From: Eledone cirrhosa
Lineage: Eukaryota
Reading direction: 5' to 3'
Assembly (NCBI GenBank): GCA_964016885.1
Contig: OZ024741.1
Location: forward strand, 183,768,001-183,832,000
Length of the DNA stretch: 64,000 bases
The position numbers and the translations under genes are program-made. The notes beneath the pieces are model-generated. The model had not been told where the DNA came from and searched no databases. It worked only from the letters and a program-made list of their open reading frames with translations. Below, piece after piece: positions 44,301 through 57,133 of the stretch (the stretch's first letter is position 1; every line of letters starts with the position of its first letter).

Positions 44301-45791
44301 GAAAAGGAGTACTGATAGAGGAAAATAGAGTAGAGGGAGAGTTAGTTAGAAAGCTAGAAGAGGCGTTTAAGACACGCATCGCAACCGACGTGCTTGCGGC
44401 GAGACTGGCACTTGACCAATTCTGCAACGCAAAGCATGAAGGCTGCGTTGTCAGAGACACAAGGAGATGAAAGCCGTTCAATGGGCCCCGGTGGTGGAGG
44501 CACGACGTGGCAACAAGGCCACAATTCGTTCTTTGCCTGATCAAAACGGGCGCATGTCTTCCGCTTTTTGTGGAAGGGACGTGCTCCCAGGGTCAGACGA
44601 TCCATTTGCTGTCAACACCCGTTGCATAGAGGACTAGGCATGCCGTGGCTGATGATGCGCAAACATGCGCTGAGGCTTCGACATCTCTCATGCTTCCTTG
44701 ACAGTGAACAGGTGTGGTCGTCGTTTGCCAGACGCGCTTTTTCCCAGCTCGTCTCCTTGACGGAGCTGCAGTCCTGGATCAGGAAAAGACCGAGGGATAG
44801 CGCTTGGAAGCTGGAATATCTCCAAGCGCTTATCACCCTCTACCAGCTTGGCACTAGTATCGGTGGAACATCCACCTCAGCGTTCTATAGAGGGCTAGGA
44901 AGGGAAAGAGCGACGACGTATTCGGGGAGGGCCTGGACGTCGTAGACGATCAGCTGTTCGCTCTCTTCAAGAGAACTTTCATACTGGGGCCTATGGACAA
45001 CTTCCAAAAACCCCTGGCCTGGCAATGCTACCGGGGAGCGTTGCGGGTTCGGGATAAGCTCTACAGGCACGGAGGTGCTGTCAACAGAGCCGGTCCGAGA
45101 TGCGCGCAGGGCAACGAAACCGTCCTGCACGCACTCGTTCAGTACCCGAGGATTTCTGACTTGTGGAGCTATGTCGAACAACTGCTGCCATGTGTAGGAC
45201 GGAGACGGTTATCGACTGAGTCCATTGTGCAAATAGCCCCGCCCTCCTCCTTTAAAGAGGAGGAAGGGCAGGCAGTTTTTGCCTGGTGGCCATGGTGAAT
45301 GAGATTGTGTGGTGGACAGGGTTGAAAGGGTTGAAGACGGATACTTTCCTCTCCGGCCAATTCCTGATTAACTTTTTCAAATTTCACTTGAAGAGGAAAA
45401 TCAGGGTGGAGAGACAAGTGCTGTCTTCTAGTAAGTTTGTTGAAAGGTGGGTGAAAGTGGCGAGTCTGTCCGAGTGAACGGGCCCGCTCTGAGTAAGTGC
45501 CTATAGACTGAGGAGTGGAAAACTGAGAGAGGACACTTGCTCTGGTGGTCAGGGTGGCCGTGGTCTTTTGTGTGATTTTCGCCACGAGTGACCCTCGGAG
45601 GTTTCCCCCTTTTTGGGGAATTTGTGTTGTTTGAATTTTTTATTTATTTTTATCCCGATTTCTATCTTGTGAAAACCTGTTTACACGACCCAAACCCACT
45701 TTTTATCGTCCTGTACTGGTCCGTGCTGTCTCTAATGTTTTTCTTCATGTTAGCCCTTGTGGCCAATAAAGAAGCCATTATTATTATTATT
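41319..45791 (+). mobile_element. Tx1/L1-like LINE copy B, both ends present, RT domain deleted
   Basis: ORF1 remnants with CYLCGQKGHLRAFC knuckle; ORF2 from ATG 43481 (APE: GDWN, SYLDRV, TDHK, YWKLN); jump at about 44555 to FRFLWKG; AATAAA then (ATT)n. Confidence 0.9.
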
Positions 45792-46005
45792 GGCGACCTA
45801 CGTAGGAAATCGTAGCATCGTGAGCTCCGCAAAGGTTTGTTGTTTTCAGTTGCTGCAAATTGCCATTTATGGAAAATCGTTTGTTGTTAAATTTTTATAG
45901 GATCACAAAATTTGCTTTCGGAAAAGGACACTCAAACAGATTGGGGCCTTGAGCCCAAAATTTTAACTTTTATAATTATAAAAAAAAAATTTCTTTGAAA
46001 AAATC

Positions 46006-47878
46006 ATGGACGACTCACAGCTACACCAATCAGCTGAGAGCCTTTCTCAGAAACTAACACCTCACACCAACACCACCATTGTAAATATTACTACGTTTGC
46101 CAACACTAAAAATATAAGCAGTAGCAATAATTTAAATTTGTCTCATGCAGACATTCATTTGCCGCCATTACCAATGACTGCAGGTGTTGAAGCCGTCACC
46201 CCCACCACCACCACAGCGACAGCAGAAACAAAATAAAAAAATAAATTATCTCGTGACATCGAAATGGATTCACCCAGAATCGACTCTTCCACACCGAACA
46301 CCACTGACGCCACCACCACCACAACTAAAACTAAAAATAACAATAACAAAAATAAAAATAACAACAACAGCAACAACAACAATGAGAATAACAACACCAT
46401 GTCGTTTGCCAAAGCAGCCAAAACATGCGAAACAATCCAGCTAACTCAGGAGGAATTAGATGAAGCCAAGAGAATGGTAAAGAAAGATGGGTACAGGGTC
46501 AGCCTCACCCCACCTAATAAAATGGAGCATCGGCGCCTATGCACCGTATCCTATCGGACGATTAACATAAAATCGCGCCGAGTAGAACGGGCATCCGAAT
46601 CCCAAATCCCAAAAGCTTTGGGACATGTGTGGGCAAAAAAACCCCACATCAGACGTGGGCAGAAATATGGAACCATGGACGTGTTCTTTGAACACCACAA
46701 GAGGCCAGAGAGCACTCCATAGCCCCCATTAAGAAGCGACGACTTCACACTCGTCCCAAGCTATTGTGGCCAGAGACTCGTAAAGATCAGGGTGACTCAC
46801 GTTCCACCGGCCATCGAAATTCTCTGGCTAATGGCTGCCGTCCTCGCCGGCATCGAGGGCAACACTAAAATAATAGAAATAGCAAAAGAAAAGCAGGAGA
46901 ACTGGTCCGGATCTGGGATGGAGCTCCTGATCCAAGCGGACCAAAAAAGCATTGAGGAGATCCCAGAGGTAATAGACCTCACTGACGGCAGCCACCTCAG
47001 CGTAATCGTCGAGGGTAGAAGGCTTAAGTGTGTCGTTTGTGGTGAAGGAACCCACCTAAGGGCTTTCTGCACTCAGGCTAAAAAGTTGAGGCCACCACTC
47101 TTACCCACCCCAGTGACTCAACCATCAACACCACCAGCAGCAGAAATGGCAGCAACAACAGAAGCAACTGTAGCAGCAACAACCCCAGTAACAGTAGCAA
47201 AACCAAGACCACCACCACCCAACGCGCCAGAACTAGCACCAGCGCCTACACCATCCACCACGCAACAAGCAAAACCAATGCCTGTGGAGGATTTTCCACT
47301 CCCCGACCTATCGCAACTGGAGACAGATTATGACGACGAGGAGTGGGAAACGGTATCAGGAAAAAAGAAAAAAAGAAAAAGAAGCCAAAAAAGAAAAAAA
47401 ATTGCTTCTTTCCACCTCCAAAAACAAAATACAGTGGGAAACAAATAAACTATGAAACAAAAAAGTTAGGACAGCTATGCCACCATCAACACAAGCATCA
47501 CAAACGTCATCACCACAAACACCAACACCATCACCATCATTAACCCCAACACCACCATTACCAACACCACAAAAGTCACCAAAAAGCGAAACAGAAACAA
47601 ACCCACAACAAACACAAACAAAACAAAACAACCAAAACGATACACACTACACACCATTAAATTTGAACAACAACCAATTATTACACTACATCCAACGCAA
47701 CACCAGCATCACAGAAAAAGACTACACAACAACCCAAAAGTTCACACCACCTCCACACATACAAATCACTCGCATCACACAGAAAACATACACGACACTA
47801 AAACAAAAATTCCTCAAAGACATTGGAGACTTCCGACAAGCACTCTCCAGGAGGATTTATAAGGACATCCTTCCGTAG
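46006..47878 (+). pseudogene. LINE ORF1 (gag-like, CCHC zinc knuckle), disrupted
   Basis: SFAKAA motif and CVVCGEGTHLRAFC (CX2CX4HX4C); stops and frameshifts present. Confidence 0.85.
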
Positions 47879-47972
47879 GAGGCTACAAACAGTGAAAAGC
47901 ATGGAGAAACCATCCTTCCTCTACGAGAAGTAAGGTAAGTGGTCTTTGCCATCTTTTCCACTCCATTTCAAC

Positions 47973-50900
47973 ATGACGTCACTCAGAATAGGCAGCATAA
48001 ATGCGCGTGGTTTGGAGTCGTCATGGAAGCAGGGCCACCTGCTCAACGAGCTCAGGTCATTAAACATAGATGTAGTGGCCATTAGCGAGACCAGAATCTC
48101 CGAAGCACGGGCCTTCGCACCGATCTTCGGCGGCTACGATGTGTACGCATCTCCCAGCCGTCCTGGATCGGGGGAATGAGTTGCTGTGCTTTTTCGGAGA
48201 GGTTTGGAGCTCGGCATACGGGCCATCTTCCTGGACCCAGAAGGTAAGTTGGTGGTGCTGGGCGTGACCAGATTAGACGGGCAAGCTTTCAAGCTAGTGG
48301 CCATCTATGCCCCGACAGGAGCAGGGCGGCCTGATTTCTTCCGGCGTCTGGAGACCTTTCTTGGAACGTCCCGCTCTTTAGTGTTAGTGGGCGACTGGAA
48401 CGGGATCTTAGATGCACGCTGGGACTGTGTGGTATTAGCGGATAGGGGAGTAAGGTGCAAGAGCCTCACCAACCTGCTCAGGCGTATTGAACTGTCTGAC
48501 AGGTACCGATTGGATTTCCGGAATGTGCCAATGTGGAGTTGGACAAATCGCATAGGGTCATCCAGATCATATCTAGATAGAGTATTTTGTAATGAAATAG
48601 ATAGGTCTAGCATAGGCTGTCAACAATTCAAGATAGTTAGCTACACGGACCACAAATTTGTGATCTGTGTGCTTGACTTAGATAGGCTTCATAGACGAGG
48701 ACCCGGCTACTGGAAGCTAAACGCGTCCTTACCAGCGCGCAAGGCCTACAGAGACCGGATTAGAGAACTAGTTAAGCGGGTGTTGACGGGGGCCATCGTC
48801 AACAACAAGTGTTGGTTTGCTCTGAAAAGAGCGATTAGAATAGAGTCCATTAGGTTTAGTAAGGCTTTAGCAATAGGGAAAAATAGAGCAGAGGGAGAAC
48901 TAGTTAGAAAATTAGACGAGGCGCTTAGCAAAGGCATCGCGACCGACGTACTTGCGGCGAAATTGGCCCTTGACCAATTCTTCAATGCAAAGCGCGAAGG
49001 CTGCGTTGTCAGAGCTAGGGTGCGTGCTCTCAGACACGAGGGGACGAAAGCCGTTCAATGAGCCTGAATGGCAGAGGCGCGTAGTGGCAACAAAGCCACG
49101 ATCCGGTCTTTGGTGGACCACGACGGGCGCATGCTATTCGATCCCGGGCAAATGTGTGAAGCTTTTCAGCGACACTTCGCACAGCTGTCCGGGGGCAGCG
49201 GCGGGCTGGACCGAGGGATGGACTTTAGCGCCTACCTCGACGGACTGCCGCGGCTCTCGGCCACTGAGGAGGAGTGTTGCGAAAAGCCGATAACAACCGC
49301 TGAAGTACGGGAGGCAATGACTGGCTGCACAAGAGGTAAATCGCCTGGTTTGGATGGTCTGCCCTATGAACTTTACGTACGCATGCCAGACTTGTTCGGA
49401 GGTCTCTTGGCGGACGTCTACTGCAACTGGCAACAGAACGGGAGAATTCCCAGCTCTGTGAGCCGAGGAGCTGTGGCGCTGCTGAGAAAGGATCCGAACA
49501 AGGGGGATAACATAGATAATTTCAGGCCCATAACTCTGCTAAACACAGAGTTCAAGATTTTCGCTAAGGTGCTAGCAAAGAGGTTGGCGCTTGCCGCGTT
49601 GGTGGTCTGTTGGGAGAGGCCTAGACATGCGCCATTCCCGACAGATCCATCCACGACAACCTCCACCTCATGCGATACATCGTAGAGAGGGTAGCTAGGG
49701 AACCTGGCACGGGTGGGTCCTTGATCAATTTAGATCAGTCGAAAGCTTTCGATAGGGTCGATCATCGTTACCTAGCGGCAGTCCTGAGGGCGGCTGGCTT
49801 TGGGCCCGTCTTCAGAGGCTGGATCGCTGTCATGCACAGCGACATCTGCTCTGTGGTGAGAGTGAACGGTCACCTTTCGGAACCGTTCAAAATCATGCTC
49901 TCGGTCCGCCAAGGATGTCCCTTCCCGTCCCTCTTGTACGTATTGTCTCTCGAGCCATTACTGCACAAACTGGAGACGTTGAGGGGGATCCCGCGCGAAC
50001 TAGGATGCGGAAGATCCGTGTCAGCATATGCGGACGATGTCACCGTAGTGGTGTCGAACGCCAAACACATCGAGGTGATCGGCACTACACTAAGTGAATA
50101 CGAAGCGGTGACAGGAGCAATGATCAACCAGGAAAAGTCAGTGGGCCTGCAGCTCGGCACCTGGATAGGACGGACGGACCGGTTAAATTGCTAGGGGTCT
50201 GGTTCGGTCCGGACCTCCAGACGGACAAACACTGGGACGAGGTGACGAGCAGGGTGGCTTCTCTCATCCAGAAATGGGCGGAGAGGAAGCTATCCCTGAA
50301 AGGTCGAGCGGAGGTGGCTAACGTGTACATCACGTCCGTCATCTACTACCACCTGACCGTCGTACCTTGTCCTAAGCCCCGCCTGACTGCGCTGTAGCGT
50401 TTGCTCTTTCGCTTTATGTGGAAGGGACGCGCTCCGATGGTCAGGCCGTCCATCTGCTGTCAACACCCGCTACGTGGAGGGCCGGGCATGCCGTGGCTGA
50501 TGATGCGCAGACACGCGCTCAGGCTACGACATCTTCACCTCTTCCTCGACGGTGATCAGGTATGGTCGCCGTTTGCTAGACGCGTCTTTCCCCAGCTCGT
50601 CTCCTTGACGGAGCTGCAGTCCTGAGTCAAGCGAAGACCGAGAGGGAGCGCTTGGAGACTGGAATGTCTTCAGGCGCTCACAGCCCTCGATTAATGTGAA
50701 CGGTGGAAACTCCACCTTGGCGTTCTATAGCGGATTAGTGGAGGGGAAGAGCGGCGGCGTAATTTAGGCGTCGACGAAAATCAACTAGCCAATCTCTTCG
50801 GAAGAACTTTCGGGCCGGGGCCTATGGACAACTTCCAGAAATCCCTGGCCTGGCAGTGCTACCGAGGAGCTTTGCCAGTTCGGGATAAACTCTACAGGCA

Positions 50901-51259
50901 TGGAGGTTCCGTCAGCCGGGCATGTCGAACACCTGCTGTCACGTGTAGGACGGATCCAGCTTTCAGCTGAGTCCATCGTGAGGATTGACCCGTCCTCTTC
51001 CTTTAGCCGGGAAGGGCAGGCAGTTTTTATCTGTCTGGTGGCCATGGCGAAAGAGATAGTGTGGTGGACACGTTTGAAAGGGCTGAAGACGAGCACTTAC
51101 CTCTTCGGTGATGCCCTGATTAATTTTTTCAAATTTCATTTGAAAAGGAAAATCAGGGTAGAGAGGGAAGTGCTCTCTTCCCTGCATTTTGTCTAAAGAT
51201 GGGTGAAAGAAGCAAGTATGGCCCGAATGAATGGGCCTACTCTGAGTATGTGTCTGTAA
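47973..51259 (+). pseudogene. LINE ORF2 (AP endonuclease plus reverse transcriptase), disrupted
   Basis: SINARGL, SETR, IYAP, GDWN, YLDR, TDH, KSPGLDGL, NFRPITLLN, LDQSKAFDRV, RQGCP and YADD (50027); several stops, frameshifts and deletions. Confidence 0.95.
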
Positions 51260-51503
51260 ATTAAAGGTGGAAAACTGGGAGAGGGCACTTGCCCTGGTGG
51301 TCAGGGTCACTGTGGTCTTTTAATGGGCTTTCTCCACAAATGTCCCTCGGAAGTCTCCCCCCCTATTGGGGAATTTTTCTTTGTTATTTTATTACATCCT
51401 CTGTTTTTTTTACACGCAGAAATGCCCATTTGTACCGTCCTGTATTGTCCTGTACTGTCCTTAATGTCTACTTTATGTAAACCCTTGTGGTTAATAAAGA
51501 AAA

Positions 51504-51555
<52 letters not shown>

Positions 51556-52258
51556 GTTCTTTGAGTCTCAGTCATTGATGTTATTTAACTGGAAAGTTTG
51601 ATGAAATGAATATCAAGCCGCTACCTGCAGCCTCAGATATTCAGGACGTATCAGAGGGTTCTTGCTGTCCCAGCAAGCATGCCTTTTGAAGTGTTCCAAA
51701 AAGCAGGGCTTGACTAACATTCTTTAACCATCCTTGGAAACTTTTCGAGATAGTACCTAGTGCGCCTATGACAATCGGGACGACTCTGACTTCATGGCAG
51801 TTCCAAATCCTTTTAACCTCCCACCTGGTATCGGTTAATTTTCTCCCTCTCCTTTTCTTTCACTCTCGTGTCAAATGGGCAGGCTACATCTATAATCAGG
51901 CACGATCATTTTTCCTTGTCCAAAACCACCAGGTCAGGCCTATTGTGTTCCAGTTTCTTATCCGTCTATATCCTAAAATCCTATAGCACCTTCACATGAT
52001 CGTTTTGTGTCACCGACTCTGGCTTATGCTCAGAATGTGGTAAATTGTTTACTTTGCATAGGTGCCAGTTGATCACCCTGCTCATCACATCATGTCTCCA
52101 GCTTTTATAGTGAGTCTGGGCTAGGTGTTTACACTCGGATACAACGTGAGCCACAGTTTCCTCTCTCTACAGATCCTACACAGTGGGCTAGCCTCCTCCT
52201 TGTAAATATGGTATTTCACCCACTTCGTTATGAGTGCATGCTCTTGCGCAGCCATTAG

Positions 52259-52262
<4 letters not shown>
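51556..52262 (-). mobile_element. R4/Dong-like non-LTR retrotransposon 3' fragment with (TAA)n tail
   Basis: LMAAQE..L, CRICR..ETVAHVVSEC, HNRPDLVVLDK, CLIIDVACPFD, VVPIVIGALG and LQKACLL motifs. Confidence 0.9.
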
Positions 52263-52351
<89 letters not shown>

Positions 52352-52579
52352 TCCATATATATGGAAAATAAATTGAAAATGCAACTGTGGTCTTTTAAGG
52401 ATACTTATTTACTTTACCGGTTTCACAGTTCCAATGATTTTCAAAAGTAAAATTGAGATGGAGGGTTTGTATGTTTGTTGTGGTTTGTCTGTTGTGGTTT
52501 AGGATTTGTGCTCAGAACCTACAGAACCAGAACAATGCTCTAAACTTTCTGCCATTCCCCCACCCTTATAAATATATTC

Positions 52580-53455
52580 ATTTTTCTACTTTTGGCACAA
52601 GGCCAGAAATTCGATTAAATCGACTCAGTGTGTTACTGGTACTGTATTTTATCGGCCCCGTAAGGATGAAAGGCAGAGCTAACCTCCGCGGGATTTGAAT
52701 TCAGAACGTAATGGGTCGGAACAAATGCCATAGTTATTTTTCTGACATTCTAACCTTTCTGCCAAAGCATCAATATAATAATGGTTTCTGATTTAGGCAC
52801 AAGGCCAGTAACTTGAAGGGCAGAGGAAAGTCGATTAAATCGACCCCAGTGAATTACTGGTGCTTTATTATATCGACCCCGTAAAGATGAAAAGCAAAGC
52901 TAACCTTGGCGGGATTTGAACTCAGAATTTAAAGGGCCGTAACACTATGCCGCAAATCATGTTGTCCGACGCTCTACCGATTCTGCCAGACCACGGCCAA
53001 TCCACCGCCCTTATGAATAAGCCACCAATATAATAATTGTTTCTACTTTAGGCACAAGGCCAGTAATTACCCAGTGCATTACTGGTACTTTATTTTATCG
53101 ACCCCGTAAGGATGAAAGGCAAAGTCAACCTCGGCGGGATTTGAACTCAGATCGTAAAGGGACGTAACTCTGCTGGAAAGCATGGCGTCCGACCCTCTAC
53201 CGATACTGCCAATCCACCGCCACCAATATAATAATTGTTTCTACTTCAGGCACAAGGCCAGCAATTACCCAGTGCATTACTGGTACTTTATTTTATCGAC
53301 CCCGTAAGGATGAAAGGCAAAGTTTTCTACTGGTACAATATTTTTTCGACCCTGGAAGTATGAAAAGCAAAGTCGGGATTTGAAATCAGACCGTGAAGAG
53401 CCGTAAAAAAATACTCCAAGGTATTTTATATAATGTTCCAGTGTTTCTGCCAATA
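52580..53455 (-). mobile_element. Array of about five head-to-tail main-family SINEs
   Basis: Repeated GGCACAAGGCCAG...ATCGACCCCGTAAGGATGAAAGGCAAAG units; the copy at 53030-53225 is near consensus. Confidence 0.9.
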
Positions 53456-55448
53456 AATAACATTTTTGAATACATGTTTATTAAACGTATACACATGAAC
53501 AGATTTATACACACACGCGCGTAAATATAGCTAGATAGATAATGATAAATACATATAGGGATAGATTGATATAGAGATGAATAGTGGATAGCTACCTAGT
53601 TAGATTGGCAGATAGATAACTAGATAAATAGATAGATTAATGGAAAGAAAAATAGATTGACAAGTGACAGATAGAGAGAAAATTAAATAGATAGATAGAC
53701 GACAGATGATATATGGAATGATCGATATATAGATAGATAGATAGTCCGATGATAGATAGATAGATAGATAGATAGATAAGAACCAAGAGTTCGAGGAAAC
53801 TCGTGATGTTCTACGTCACCTTAAAACACGTAATAAAATTTGTAAAATATTGCTTTTGAGGTCGTGGTGAAAGGTGAATTGAGGCGTTTGGATCACGGCC
53901 CCTGCTGAACTGATTTGTTCCGTTGTGTAAAAACATATACATATAATAAATATTACCTCTTAACCAATCATTCGAATATACCAATTCCATTTCGATAAGT
54001 AAAGAAATAACAATCATTATTTGCACATGTTTCTATCAACAATCCCTGTAAATCTAGTTACAAAAAAAAAAAATAAATAAACAAAAACAAACAACGACAA
54101 ATGAAAAATAACTATAAATAGACAGAAACAAGCAAAAATTGCAGAAAATGAAAAATAAAATAAAATAGAGCAAAAAGAAACACGAAAAAAACTAGTTGAA
54201 GAGAATTAGATTTACATTTATTTGCCCAGTAATTTCATCGTGGTTGCTGATGCAACAACTGTACCGGAAGTCCATTATAAAGCGGATGCTTGAAGCTCTA
54301 TCATAAACAAGATGGCAGAACAGGGAGTATAAACCAATGATCCGAATAATGAAAAAAATTAACGAATAAAAGTATACGTGATATCGACAATCATCTATGC
54401 TGGTGTATGTATATTAAGGGTACAATATCTCGGAACATTTCGATAAAATCTACTGCTGTAGTTTTGTCTTCTATATTTATTATACATTAATCACAAAAAT
54501 AAAACGACAGCTAAGAACAAAAATATATAAAAGCAAAATTTGAACGGAAGCGACATTTTAAAAATGGCGTTTGTCACACGTAGCCATAGCATATAGTGTA
54601 AAAGTACTTAATAAATACTAATGTTCGTTATTTTTTACTGTTTAATTAGAGAGGGAAAGGCAACACCTATGAGCATTTTCAAGGCTTCTGAGACTTGCGA
54701 GAGATAGATAGGAAATCTTGAAACGGGGGATATGGCTCGATTGTTTGGTACATAGTGGAATCTACTAAAGGCATCCAATAACTAGTGGGGGAGTTAAACC
54801 GGGTGACGATTAAGTCTATCACCCAAGTAGACTTCGGTGGACTTTGAGCAGAGAACGCTAAGAGCCGGAAAAAATATTACAGAGTATTTCGTTGCATACT
54901 CCAACCATTTGAACTCAGAGCGCAGAGTGCTGGAAGGAAAACCACAAGTCATTTCACCCTATGGATCTTCCTATTTGCTGTCGTCTTTGTTGTTGTTGTG
55001 TGGAAGCATTGCAGTTACAATAAGTCCTTTTCAGGTTCTGCTATACTGAAAGATATGGGCTTTCTAGAAACATGTGGCAGGTGGCACTTAGGATGGTGTG
55101 AGCATAGCATAGAATTGAGGATTGATAATAACATGTGACCCTGTTTCACTACTCAGATATAAACGACATTGTTTTGAAGGAAATTCAATAAGGAAATAAA
55201 GCTTCTAAAAGTATAGAAATGTTCCATAGCTGACGAATTCATAATGATATATTGAATATATGTAAAAAACAAAAAACCAACAAAAAAACAACAACAACAA
55301 AACAATTCATATTCAACAAATTCTAAGTGAATTGAATAAAAAGAAGAAAATGAAAGAGAAATACATTAGATTGTGAAAATAATGTAAATCTCAGCTGTGC
55401 CCCGCAGACAAAATGTCGAAGGCATTGTTGAGGCGTTTTCATTCGGGA

Positions 55449-55640
55449 GATTGGCAGTATCGGTAGAAGGTCGGACGCCATGCTTTGCAGCATAGAGTTA
55501 CACGCCTTTATGGTCTGAGTTCAAATCCCACCGAGGTTAACTTTGCCTTTCATCCTTACGGGGTCGATAAAATAAAGTACCAGTAATGAATTGGATTAAT
55601 TGCTGGCCTTATGCCAAAAGTAGAAATAATTATTGTTATT
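55449..55640 (+). mobile_element. Main-family SINE (a diverged copy follows at about 55768-55925)
   Basis: Head, B-box, core and ATT tail. Confidence 0.9.
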
Positions 55641-56723
55641 GCTCTTGTTTAACCCTGTGATTCTAATACACAACCTTGTTTAAAGCAAACCATCTGACCC
55701 TTGAGTATTTTCAGCGAAGTTCATTATATCGCAAGTATATATGTGGTTATTATTTCACAGTGTATTTTGGCGGCGAAGTCACGGAGTTGTTAGAATGTAG
55801 GATGGAACATTTTGCGGTAATGGTTTCAGCTCTCTGCACTCTGAGTTCAAATTCCGCCGAGGTCAGCTTTACCTTTTTAGCTTTTCGAGGGTAATAAATA
55901 AAGTCCAGTACGGAGGTTGACTTTTCCTCTCTCTCTTTCTAAGTTTCTTTTTCCTCTGGAAGTAACCGGCTGTGCTCAGATCTGGTGAGGAGCGGGCTCT
56001 GCCTGATTTAAAATGTTCGAGATATGCACTTGTAGCACGATGGCGTTCGAGCTACTCTTCCGGAGTTCAGGGCCCATAGCATGATATTTTAAAATCAGTA
56101 ATTTATGGGAAATTTGACTGCTATTTCCTGTGGATTGAATGACCGTATAAAACCCCTTTGTTAGCTCGCCTGGAAAAAGTTAAAAAAAAAAAAGAAAGAT
56201 GGCGTTAGATATGAATAAAAGGGTGAAAAAAAACAAACATTAACATTTCAAAAGGGATTACATTTTTGCTTGCAGGTTTCCCCACCAATTATTGCTGAGC
56301 AGTAAAAAGAAGAAATAGCCATAAAGGTTGAAGCTTTTATTGCATTTCCTATACAAGTAAAAAGTTTACAGATATTTGTATTCTTCTTCTTTTTACCATT
56401 AACTAAAAGACATGGCACCGTTTTATGGTACCATAGAGACGACTTCATCAATTTCCCTCCCAATATTGATGATATCTCAATGTCGATATTGTTTCAAATA
56501 TATCCGGTGTTAATAACATATCTAACTTGGTGGCTCCTGAGATCATCAGCAATTTGGGTTTTAGATGTACGCACGGTCGAACGTACGTACGTACGTACGT
56601 ATGTATATATGTATGTATGTGTGTATGTATGTTTGTATGTAAGCATGTATGTATGTATGTTTGCATCCATATATATATATATAATATGCATGTATGTATA
56701 AATGAATAAATAGATAGAAATTG

Positions 56724-56812
<89 letters not shown>

Positions 56813-56968
56813 AAGAGAAATAAATAAACATGTATGTATCTGTGTGCGTTGTTTTTTTTTATGTGACTTTTAATTAAAAGCATATATTTAGTATTTTACA
56901 TTCACTGAAATTTTTATTATCTAAAAAGTATTTGGCACTTTATATTAATATATCAAACCCGCACGCAG

Positions 56969-57053
<85 letters not shown>

Positions 57054-57097
57054 TTTCTGGCATTTAAATGTTGACGTGTGCATGTATGAACGGTGTA

Positions 57098-57133
<36 letters not shown>

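Larger units (their letters stand above)
45792..51555 (+). mobile_element. Tx1/L1-like LINE copy C, near full length (~5.75 kb), inactivated
   Basis: Two-ORF layout with gag-like ORF1 and APE-RT ORF2; 3' UTR with AATAAA and (ATT)n tail. Confidence 0.95.
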
